Below, piece after piece: positions 25,853 through 32,600 of a stretch of 32,600 nucleotides of DNA (position 1 is the stretch's first letter; each line of letters begins with the position of its first letter). Both the position numbers and the translations under genes were made by a program. The notes beneath the pieces were generated by a model. The model was not told the origin of the DNA, searched no databases, and was given only the letters and a program-made list of their open reading frames with translations. This DNA comes from a virus. Taxonomy: Duplodnaviria > Caudoviricetes. The DNA lies in IMG/VR virus record IMGVR_UViG_3300036783_000171, positions 1 to 32,600 of that record, one strand, 5' to 3'.

Positions 25853-26704
25853 CTAAGGCGTTGCTACATACTTGGCCAGGTTCGCCATCACCTGCGCTGA
25901 CGGCGTGATCTTGACTGACACGCCCTTGCCCGCTGCCCCTGCTGGTTTCTTGCCCATCTGGGCATGCGTCCGCGCCGCCAGTGCCGCGCCACGCCGGTTC
26001 GCTGCTGCCTGGGCTGTTGCCTTGCGCCGTGCCGCTGCCGCCGCAGCACGCGCCTTGGCCGCTGCTGCCCTCTTGGCAGCTGCTGCCTGTTGAGCTTTCT
26101 TCCGGGCCAGGGCTGCCGCCGCCCTCTGCGCTGGAGTAAGCGCAGTCTTTTTCTTGGTACCGGCAGCCTTCTTTTTGGCAGGGGCCTTCTTTTTCTTGGC
26201 CGCTGCCGCCTTCTTGCGATGTAGGCCACCTAGCGCGCTGAACGCGCTCGACCCGTACATACCGAGCTGCCCAACGTTTGCCGCGCCAGCAAGGATTCCG
26301 CCAGCGCTAGGGCCACCTCTGCCACCACGCTGCTGTTGTGTCTTCTTCTGGCCTGGGGTCTGTGCCTGCCCACGCTTGCCGGTCGGGGCTTTCTTCTTGG
26401 TAGGTGGCCTAGCCTCTTTTGGCTTGGATGGCGGCCTCGGCGTCACCCCGGAGCGCTTGGCATGTGCTTCACGCATAGCCTGCTTCTGCTGTTCTGAAGC
26501 AGCATGGCCTGAAACAGCCCTCTTGGTCACATGGCTCGGTGCCGCTCTCTTGGCAGTCTTCTCGGCCGCCTTGACCGGAGCCTCCGGTGTCTTGTCTCGC
26601 GTGATCTTCCCGCTCTTGAGCCGCCGTAGGTGCCCGAGCCGGACCCCGCCAAGAATCCAGCGGCCATGGTACCCCCGCATCTCTCCAAGCCTGAACCCAG
26701 CCAT
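25853..26704 (-). CDS. Very basic Lys/Ala/Arg-rich protein (histone H1-like composition)
   Basis: TGATG-coupled to TerS; KKAAAAKKKKAPAKKKAA tracts and almost no acidic residues in the C-terminal half. Confidence 0.75.
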   Translation of the reverse strand: MAGFRLGEMRGYHGRWILGGVRLGHLRRLKSGKITRDKTPEAPVKAAEKTAKRAAPSHVTKRAVSGHAASEQQKQAMREAHAKRSGVTPRPPSKPKEARPPTKKKAPTGKRGQAQTPGQKKTQQQRGGRGGPSAGGILAGAANVGQLGMYGSSAFSALGGLHRKKAAAAKKKKAPAKKKAAGTKKKTALTPAQRAAAALARKKAQQAAAAKRAAAAKARAAAAAARRKATAQAAANRRGAALAARTHAQMGKKPAGAAGKGVSVKITPSAQVMANLAKYVATP

Positions 26705-27153
26705 CAGCCCCCTCCTACATCCTTGACAATCCCGAGCCTTCCATGCCAGGCGATTACAGCTTCCTCGGCCGCTTCCTCATCAACGTCGGAAACCTCAGGC
26801 TCATCCAGCTCGATGCGCCCGCGCTTCCGGTCGATGACCGTTACGCCAAGCCGCTCCGACAGCTTCAGGAACTGCGGCAGGATCGAGACCTGGTGATTCC
26901 TCAGGTACCTATCGTACAGCTGTGCACAGAACACCGCAGTGGCCCAGTCGGAAGCCTCATAGAATTCCGCCTGTCCTGAAAGCTTTAGCGCCCTGAACCA
27001 CGACTGCGCTTGCGGAAGCCAATCCGGTGACGCATCCGGGATCGGAATTCCCGCCCGCCGCGATGTTCCCCGCGCCGTCGAGACAAAGCGTGGGTCATTG
27101 TACGCCCCCGACGCCGCGCCCGTACGCTGCTCAGGCTTTTTCTTGAAGGGCAT
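26704..27153 (-). CDS. terS: Terminase small subunit
   Basis: P.A..DW.P.A..WF..L..SGQ..FYE.SDW, LG.T..DR.R.RIEL (actinophage TerS pattern). Confidence 0.88.
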   Translation of the reverse strand: MPFKKKPEQRTGAASGAYNDPRFVSTARGTSRRAGIPIPDASPDWLPQAQSWFRALKLSGQAEFYEASDWATAVFCAQLYDRYLRNHQVSILPQFLKLSERLGVTVIDRKRGRIELDEPEVSDVDEEAAEEAVIAWHGRLGIVKDVGGG

Positions 27154-27422
27154 CAGTCACCACCCTTCGGGCCACCAGGCATGGGCTTCTTAGCCGGGGG
27201 CGTCGGTGGCGGCGAAGCTGAAGGAGTACCCATCTTCACAGGGTTGCCCGGCTTCACCGGCCCGTCACCCTGCTTCCACTCCTTCGGAACAACGCCAGCA
27301 TGGTGGCATGTCTTGCAAACGTGGGTGTCGACGTTGCCCGATCCCTGGCAGGTCGGGCAAGCCTTCTCGCTGGCGCCAGGCTTCCGGTTCTTCTGGAACG
27401 GAACGAACGGTGGTGCAGCCAT
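27153..27422 (-). CDS. Small Pro-rich protein with a DnaJ-type CxxCxGxG zinc motif
   Basis: CPTCQGSG…CKTCHHAG; TGATG-coupled to TerS. Confidence 0.7.
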   Translation of the reverse strand: MAAPPFVPFQKNRKPGASEKACPTCQGSGNVDTHVCKTCHHAGVVPKEWKQGDGPVKPGNPVKMGTPSASPPPTPPAKKPMPGGPKGGD

Positions 27423-27428
27423 CAATAA

Positions 27429-27530
27429 TCACAACCATCCCCATGCTATGTGCCCGAGTGCTAGTACGATAACGATCAGGCAGGCCAGTATCAACAATGC
27501 GTAGATAATTCGCTGTGTCTGAGGAGTCAT
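27429..27530 (-). CDS. 33-aa single-pass membrane peptide
   Basis: ATGA overlap with the HNH stop; MTPQTQRIIYALLILACLIVIVLALGHIAWGWL. Confidence 0.65.
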   Translation of the reverse strand: MTPQTQRIIYALLILACLIVIVLALGHIAWGWL

Positions 27531-27847
27531 GATGAACTTCCCTCGCGAATGATTCCAGGATGTGGCTCCATGGGCCGCAACCGCAGCGCCGCACGGGCAG
27601 CGTTCTGAGCAGCCACCTGCCCACTTGTTCTTCGACGGTGATGCGAATGACATAGCCCGCGCAGCGCCACGAGGCGATGGTCCCACGGCTCCCCGATGTG
27701 GTCTACTTCCGTCGAGTCCTGGCCACAGACATCATCCTCCCCCGGCAGCAGCCCCCATCGACACACAGGGTCCCGCGCCAGGACAGCCATGCGCAGACGC
27801 CCCCACCCTTTGGGCAGGGGCGCCGAGCGCCAGGAACCGCGACTCAT
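27527..27847 (-). CDS. HNH endonuclease (terminase-associated type)
   Basis: W.RLR..VL.RD..C…C….TEVDHI…L..LC..HH..RT; lies upstream of TerS. Confidence 0.9.
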   Translation of the reverse strand: MSRGSWRSAPLPKGWGRLRMAVLARDPVCRWGLLPGEDDVCGQDSTEVDHIGEPWDHRLVALRGLCHSHHRRRTSGQVAAQNAARAALRLRPMEPHPGIIREGSSS

Positions 27848-28066
27848 GGCTAGGTACCTCGACCAATGTCAAAGCCAAGGGGGATTCGGCCAGACACATG
27901 ATAGCCAGGCGAACGGAGCGGTCCTGGTGAGCACGTTTGAGGAGCGCTGGCTGCAATGGCGATCCATACCATTCCATCAACCTCCCTCGGGGTGGCCGTG
28001 CTCATATCGAATCCTACCCGATCCGGCCCGGAAGCGCAAGCCCCCCGGTCGACCGCCGTCGACTAC

Positions 28067-28095
28067 TTGCCCTTCCTTTCTTGATAAGGTATAAT
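28067..28095 (+). promoter_or_regulatory. Strong sigma70-type promoter, leaderless transcript
   Basis: TTGCCC-N17-TATAAT-N6-ATG (28102). Confidence 0.8.
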
Positions 28096-28101
28096 CTAAG
28101 C

Positions 28102-28446
28102 ATGCTCACCGGAGAACTCGCCGACCGCCTTGAGCCACTCGGCACCATGGTAGTTGTAGTCAGAACCGAAGATCGCAAGTACCTCATGCACATGCGCATC
28201 ATCCTGATCATTAGCGCGCTCCAGCACTGGGACAGCCTGATCGAGGCCCACAACACGGGAACCCCAAAGACTGCCATCCAGGCATCCCGTGAACTGCGAC
28301 GCCTCGACAAGCAGGGAACTGCTCAGCTCGCATACCATGAACGTGAGGACGATCTCGCGTACGCATACTTTGATGTTGGCAAGATTGTCCCAGACTACGA
28401 TACCCACACCGTAGCAATCCACGTCGGTGACTTCCGTACCGGATGA
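28102..28446 (+). CDS. Hypothetical protein (114 aa), stand-alone transcription unit
   Basis: Start moved from 27937 to the ATG 6 nt after TATAAT; no SD; followed by a large hairpin. Confidence 0.7.
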   Translation: MLTGELADRLEPLGTMVVVVRTEDRKYLMHMRIILIISALQHWDSLIEAHNTGTPKTAIQASRELRRLDKQGTAQLAYHEREDDLAYAYFDVGKIVPDYDTHTVAIHVGDFRTG

Positions 28447-28464
28447 GGTATACGTAGATGATCC

Positions 28465-28584
28465 GGGGCGTCTCCGAACCGGTACCCCCGCCCCCCTTTT
28501 TAATAGAGGGGGGCGGGGATACCGTATCGGGAGACTCACGCCCTAGCAGACGGTACCGATACGGTATCACAGTATCATGATACT
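28465..28584. repeat. Cluster of nested inverted repeats (terminator and/or origin candidate)
   Basis: CCCCGCCCCCCT/AGGGGGGCGGGG stem (28486-28518), GATACCGTATCGG/CCGATACGGTATC (28518-28530 and 28556-28568), and palindrome AGTATCATGATACT (28571-28584). Confidence 0.85.
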
Positions 28585-28587
28585 ATG

Positions 28588-29667
28588 TTATGCTGCCGTA
28601 TAGTGCTTTACACGACCCTCTACAGTCTCGAAAATCTCACCATTTTCAACAGCATCTCGTATTCGTTCAAGCCTCTTTTGCTTTCTTCCGGCAATCCTAT
28701 CTTGTAGTTCAGTAGCCGTAACGAAGTCGCGTCCAGTACTTATCATGATGAGATCGACAATTTCCGATACGGTAGCTTCGTAACCTATGTACTTGGTATT
28801 CCACTCGCCCGGCCTAAAGTCCATTTCATCAGAACCAAGACATTCTATTCCTATCTCGATGGAAGAACCTATCGCTAGTGTGCCCGAACGGTCCTTATTT
28901 ACCACCAGGGAAACACTTCCTGGCTGCTCAATAGCGAACGGTTCTCCGCGCTTTAGCATCATATCCACATCGCACCCGGCCCCCTTGTCAGATGTTCCCC
29001 GGCTCCGGGAGTTGTCCGCATGACCGGTATGGTCAAGTATAATAACACAAGGCATCCCCGATGCTGCTACGGTCCAGTTTCGCACCTCGTGAGCATCATT
29101 TTCCGACACTCCGGACGCCCCGAGGAATGTAATCTGTGAGTCGTATAGCACTCCATGGTAACCGCTGCGCTGTAGCATGCGCCCTAGCGCACGTCCATGT
29201 TCCATGATATCAGGAACACCACCGTCGAGTGCGTCCATGTAATAGATGTCACCCAAGACATCATCGTCCGCGCCGAGCTGCTTCATGGTCTGCTTGTAGC
29301 GAATCTGGCCCATCTCGGCATCGAGGATGGCCCATTTCTGTCCGGCGGTAACGCGCTGGATTATCTCCCAGTACGCCAGCCGAGTCTTCCCGGAGCCAGG
29401 TGGCCCAGAAATTCTGTGTATTCCTTCATCCAGTAGTAGCCCACTCTCGCTGAACTGAATCGGTTCGGCTTCGGCGATGTTCTCTGGGAGAACCCGGATC
29501 TTCCTGAATATGTTTTCGTCGCCACCGGCACGTAGCTTCTTTTGCCTAATCAGTACCTTAGCCGCATCCTGGGCCGTGTACATTTCCTCCCAGTGACTTA
29601 TGGCCCTATCTACCTCGGCCGAAAGCTGCACGCCACCACGTAGGTTGCCGGAGCCGTTCATATTCAC
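28588..29667 (-). CDS. RecA-fold P-loop ATPase, probable replicative helicase (AAA_25/RepA-like)
   Basis: Walker A GPPGSGKT, ILDAEMG, Walker B VLYDS, ILDHTG, RGTS.K. GTG start at 29667 overlaps the Prim-Pol stop and has a GGAGG SD. Confidence 0.85.
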   Translation of the reverse strand: MNMNGSGNLRGGVQLSAEVDRAISHWEEMYTAQDAAKVLIRQKKLRAGGDENIFRKIRVLPENIAEAEPIQFSESGLLLDEGIHRISGPPGSGKTRLAYWEIIQRVTAGQKWAILDAEMGQIRYKQTMKQLGADDDVLGDIYYMDALDGGVPDIMEHGRALGRMLQRSGYHGVLYDSQITFLGASGVSENDAHEVRNWTVAASGMPCVIILDHTGHADNSRSRGTSDKGAGCDVDMMLKRGEPFAIEQPGSVSLVVNKDRSGTLAIGSSIEIGIECLGSDEMDFRPGEWNTKYIGYEATVSEIVDLIMISTGRDFVTATELQDRIAGRKQKRLERIRDAVENGEIFETVEGRVKHYTAA

Positions 29668-30683
29668 GACATCTTCCTCCAGTCTGTGCCCTGTAGCGAG
29701 CATACGTCAGTTTCCTCCTGCGGCATCGCGGCGGCGTTAGCCATGGCAGTGTTGACTGCCCCTGCCCATTCACTTTTAAGGTTCCGGTGCCGCGCGGAAT
29801 GTGAGAAGTCCCACTCCAGTATCGAGAGAGCTTCATCAAGACCGCGGTGCCCCTCGGCCGCGTTCATGCACACGTGCGTAACTGCTGAACATAGTACATC
29901 GTGCAGCCCGCCAAGTACAGCGGCGACGCGGATCTTGGTTGCCTCCTGCTCAGAAGATCGCGCCATGTACTTACACATTCGCCCGGAGCTAACCCGCGCA
30001 TACCACTCAGCCGCTTCTGCTGATCCAGTACGGCTCGTGGTAGCATAATCCCTTGCTGACAGCAGGTACCGAACCCATTCTTCGGGAAGGTCCGGCAACT
30101 CGTCTGGGCGCGGAATTGTAACAGGATCATCACCGCGCCACCACCTATACTGACGCCCTGTCGAATTGTGTATACTGGGCGCTACCGTGGCAAAGCGATG
30201 ATGGTACTGTGCTATCTCGACTCCGGAGCCAGGACCAAGGTCCGTTACCCATACTTGCTGCGCGGTTCTTGGAGCGTGGAACAGGTAGATCCCCGAGACG
30301 CCATCCTCCGGCATGCGCGATGTCGACCGCCAGGTAAGCGGCAGGTACCGCCCGAGCCTGTCAACCAGGCGCATTATCGTGTTGTGCCCGTCGCGACCCT
30401 CGTAAGCGTCAACGTCAATCCCGATAAAGTCCCACGGGAGCCGAAGTCCAAGATTCGCCTGCGGGTATTGCAGCAGCAAGCTTGTCATTTCCTCGTCGGT
30501 TGCATCCAGTCCCTGATGCCCGGTAACCCCTTTGACAAGTGGAGCTTTCGTGCCGGTGCGAGCGACAGGTATAACGCCTGTCCATCCCCGGTCCCGGTAG
30601 TACGCTGCCCCGTCGCGGAACGGATAATGACGCTTACCGCGCGGCACTTGCGCTCCGGCCGAATCCCGGCTATACTCGTGCAT
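29664..30683 (-). CDS. Bifunctional DNA primase/polymerase (Prim-Pol, AEP superfamily)
   Basis: A..Y..RGW..VIP…K.P, N.GLRLP…IGIDVD.Y, LP.TWRSTSR, APSIH..TG..YRW, LP.LP..W. Confidence 0.92.
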   Translation of the reverse strand: MHEYSRDSAGAQVPRGKRHYPFRDGAAYYRDRGWTGVIPVARTGTKAPLVKGVTGHQGLDATDEEMTSLLLQYPQANLGLRLPWDFIGIDVDAYEGRDGHNTIMRLVDRLGRYLPLTWRSTSRMPEDGVSGIYLFHAPRTAQQVWVTDLGPGSGVEIAQYHHRFATVAPSIHNSTGRQYRWWRGDDPVTIPRPDELPDLPEEWVRYLLSARDYATTSRTGSAEAAEWYARVSSGRMCKYMARSSEQEATKIRVAAVLGGLHDVLCSAVTHVCMNAAEGHRGLDEALSILEWDFSHSARHRNLKSEWAGAVNTAMANAAAMPQEETDVCSLQGTDWRKMS

Positions 30684-30772
30684 GGGACCCTTACTCCCTC
30701 ACTACGGCGGGCCGGAGCGCCAACTCCTGGCCCGCCATCTATTTGCCTGATGTTTCCATGGTCGAAACCTCT

Positions 30773-30801
30773 AGTATACCGCATCTTAATCTTCTCGTCT
30801 A
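30773..30801 (-). promoter_or_regulatory. Promoter for the primase-helicase operon
   Basis: TAGACG-N17-TATACT, the same hexamers as at 6234-6262. Confidence 0.7.
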
Positions 30802-30807
30802 GGGCCC

Positions 30808-30836
30808 TTCCCTTTTCCCGGCCGGTACGGTAGGCT
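30808..30836 (+). promoter_or_regulatory. Rightward promoter, copy 1
   Basis: TTCCCT-N17-TAGGCT; shares CTTCCCTTTTC and CGGTA.GCT with 31478-31506. Confidence 0.65.
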
Positions 30837-30947
30837 TGCCCTAGCGGCGTTCCGGCGTTACTAGCCTTTCAACGGGATGTCGTCCAGGCCGGTCATGGGA
30901 TATGGGAGAGCGCCCCCGTGGCCGGTCTGGCATTGAAAGGAGGGGGA

Positions 30948-31469
30948 GTGCCAACTGACCACCTGCATATCATGGGCGTTGATCCCGGAGGAACCACGGG
31001 TTGGTACCTGCTTACCGTCCCGAGGGATTGCATCTTTGGCGATGCCCCGTCCCAGATCCTTGAGCACGACTGGGGCGAGTTCGACGGGCCGGAATGGCAG
31101 CAGGCCATAGACATAGCCCGTCTGGCCCGCGAGATCCAGTCCCTTGACTATAAGACCGGCGTTGCTATCATAATGGAAGCCTGGGATCAGGACCCAACCT
31201 TCCACTCGACCGACCCGGAAGCCTTGTCGCCAGTTCGGCTCGGGGCGATGCTTGACCTACTGTTGCATCAGCGTATGATTGCCGACGCGACGCTGCACTT
31301 CCAGTCCCGCGCGCTGGCATTCTCAACGGTAACGGACGAGCGCCTCAAAAAGTGGGGATTGTGGGTGCGCGGTTCTGATCATGTCCGCGCGGCCCTAAGA
31401 CATGCCATAACAGCATTGCGCCGTGCTCGTGAGAACCCAGAGTTTGCTGGCGAACTTTGGCTCTACTAA
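30948..31469 (+). CDS. RuvC-like (RNase H fold) Holliday junction resolvase homologue
   Basis: IMGVDPGGTTGW, IIME, FQ, D.RLKKWGLW…H…A.RH. AAGGAGG SD before GTG at 30948. Confidence 0.8.
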   Translation: MPTDHLHIMGVDPGGTTGWYLLTVPRDCIFGDAPSQILEHDWGEFDGPEWQQAIDIARLAREIQSLDYKTGVAIIMEAWDQDPTFHSTDPEALSPVRLGAMLDLLLHQRMIADATLHFQSRALAFSTVTDERLKKWGLWVRGSDHVRAALRHAITALRRARENPEFAGELWLY

Positions 31470-31477
31470 ACTCGGGC

Positions 31478-31506
31478 TTCCCTTTTCGGCTCGGGTGCGG
31501 TAAGCT
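31478..31506 (+). promoter_or_regulatory. Rightward promoter, copy 2
   Basis: TTCCCT-N17-TAAGCT in the intergenic gap. Confidence 0.65.
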
Positions 31507-31535
31507 AGGTGCGAACGGAGAGAAAGGCTAGCGTC

Positions 31536-31922
31536 GTGATCGAACCGGCATTCAAGAAATGGCTCGCAGAGTCCGATACGGTAATCCTAGTGTGCTGGGA
31601 TCTCGGGCATATCTGGGACGCGGACATCTACAACAGCATCGAGAAGCAGCCGCATGGCGCACACCGCCTCATTGGCACCTGCGATCGTGGCTGCGGAGTC
31701 GAGCGCTCCCGGTACCTGACCAGTTCATGGTCTCCCGAGCCGAATAAGAACCTCTACAGGTACCCAAAGGGATACTCGCCGCGCGGGATTGTAGGCACCG
31801 GATTCTTTATGGATGCCCAGCACCGCGCAGCCATTCGCCGGGAGATCGCCCGCAGGTACAAGGCTGGCGAGTCCGGACACGCCGACGGTGGCACCGTAGT
31901 CCACGCAAAGTTCTCGGGATAG
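31536..31922 (+). CDS. Conserved actinophage-type hypothetical Zn-binding protein
   Basis: C..LGH.W…C.RGC…R…Y.YPKGY pattern. GTG 31509 is only 2 nt from the -10 box, so GTG 31536 is preferred as the start. Confidence 0.7.
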   Translation: MIEPAFKKWLAESDTVILVCWDLGHIWDADIYNSIEKQPHGAHRLIGTCDRGCGVERSRYLTSSWSPEPNKNLYRYPKGYSPRGIVGTGFFMDAQHRAAIRREIARRYKAGESGHADGGTVVHAKFSG

Positions 31923-31931
31923 GAGAGGCAA

Positions 31932-32045
31932 ATGGCAAAGATCTGGGACAAGGACAAGCGCGACTGGGTCGAGTTCGTGCTGATGCCTCCGGGGCGCATC
32001 CGCGTGCTACCGCCGCCAGAGTGGGAACTGCCGGATAACAGCTAA
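31932..32045 (+). CDS. 37-aa hypothetical protein (not in the ORF track)
   Basis: AGGAGAGG SD at 31921, ATG at 31932, MAKIWDKDKRDWVEFVLMPPGRIRVLPPPEWELPDNS, TAA at 32043-32045. Confidence 0.6.
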   Translation: MAKIWDKDKRDWVEFVLMPPGRIRVLPPPEWELPDNS

Positions 32046-32051
32046 CAGACT

Positions 32052-32096
32052 TCCGCCCGGTCTCGCACTCCCCCAGAAACCGCCGGGCCGGGCGGA
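32052..32096 (+). terminator. Intergenic hairpin element, copy 1
   Basis: TCCGCCCGG/CCGGGCGGA stem enclosing CTCCCCCAG. Confidence 0.55.
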
Positions 32097-32129
32097 GCTA
32101 TTTCCCAGCAACACAACGAAAGGCACAAC

Positions 32130-32549
32130 ATGTTCAGGAAGTCCGCAGTAGCAGTCGGAATCATGGCACTGGCCATAGGAGGGACAGCCAGCGCCGCGCT
32201 GGCATCGACGGGGCCCAGTGTGGTCGGCTCGTTCGTGGTCGCCGACAACGGGCAAGGATGTTGGACTGGAGGTGGCCTGCTATCAGACGGCACAGCTACG
32301 TCGCAGGGCGGTGCGTGTTCGTTCTTCATCGCCCCCGGCGTACACGAGCAGCTGAAATTCACCAGCAAGACCTGGACCAACAACGGCGACGGCACCGTTA
32401 CTCTCTGCGCTACTGTCGAGCCTACCCATTCGGGCAGTGACCCGGCCGGGATCGCCCCGAACCTTGGGTGTGTCGGCCCGATCCCGGTCAACGTCGGCCC
32501 GGTTAAGGTTGACGGCGAACTCGTCAAGGTCGACCTGAAGACCCCATAA
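32130..32549 (+). CDS. Secreted hypothetical protein with four Cys
   Basis: GAAAGG SD; Sec signal MFRKS…ASAALA; beta-rich mature part. Confidence 0.8.
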   Translation: MFRKSAVAVGIMALAIGGTASAALASTGPSVVGSFVVADNGQGCWTGGGLLSDGTATSQGGACSFFIAPGVHEQLKFTSKTWTNNGDGTVTLCATVEPTHSGSDPAGIAPNLGCVGPIPVNVGPVKVDGELVKVDLKTP

Positions 32550-32550
32550 T

Positions 32551-32587
32551 TCCCGCCCGGCCCTGTCTCCCCCAGGGCCGGATGGGA
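32551..32587 (+). terminator. Intergenic hairpin element, copy 2
   Basis: CCGGCCCTG/CAGGGCCGG stem (32557-32581) with outer TCCC/GGGA; contains CTCCCCCAG. Confidence 0.6.
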
Positions 32588-32600
32588 CAGAGCTATCCCC

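Larger units (their letters stand above)
1..32600. mobile_element. Siphovirus-type bacteriophage genome segment, probably an actinobacteriophage
   Basis: Complete, syntenic packaging-head-tail-lysis module plus phage-type replication genes and no host housekeeping genes. High GC, leaderless starts, a GGGAAAA chaperone frameshift and TTA avoidance point to an actinobacterial host. Confidence 0.95.

Noticed and set aside
13056-26726. Long plus-strand ORFs (e.g. 13509..14363, 18912..20042, 22923..23699, 26154..26726)
   Set aside because: Antisense shadows of well-supported minus-strand genes, as expected at high GC; no motifs or SD support.
27848-28066. cos/pac site and late promoter
   Set aside because: Plausible by position only; I found no well-spaced -35/-10 pair or recognisable end sequence.
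30485-30784. 99-aa minus-strand ORF upstream of Prim-Pol
   Set aside because: It starts inside the predicted promoter spacer and overlaps Prim-Pol out of frame.
1-32600. Stop-to-sense reassignment (TAG/TGA), tRNA genes, integrase/att sites
   Set aside because: Genes are intact in the standard code and use all three stops; no cloverleaf or recombinase was recognised.

Overview
The whole window looks like part of a tailed dsDNA phage (siphovirus), most likely infecting a high-GC actinobacterium. A long minus-strand late operon (27847 down to about 3136) runs HNH - TerS - TerL - portal - minor head proteins - scaffold - major capsid - head/tail connectors - major tail - tail chaperones with a -1 frameshift - tape measure with lytic transglycosylase - Dit - LamG/hub - minor tail - lysis, followed by a methyltransferase and a secreted GH12 glycanase. 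Replication genes flank it: a PHP-less DnaE on the left, and Prim-Pol, a P-loop helicase and a RuvC-like protein on the right. No integrase, tRNA, rRNA or CRISPR was seen. The most striking observation is that my manual scan found no in-frame TTA (Leu) codon in the called genes except at two gene junctions. There TTA sits exactly where other junctions have a stop (TTATG instead of TGATG), which suggests UUA-dependent recoding or translational coupling. All family calls come from motif recognition by eye; no searches were run.
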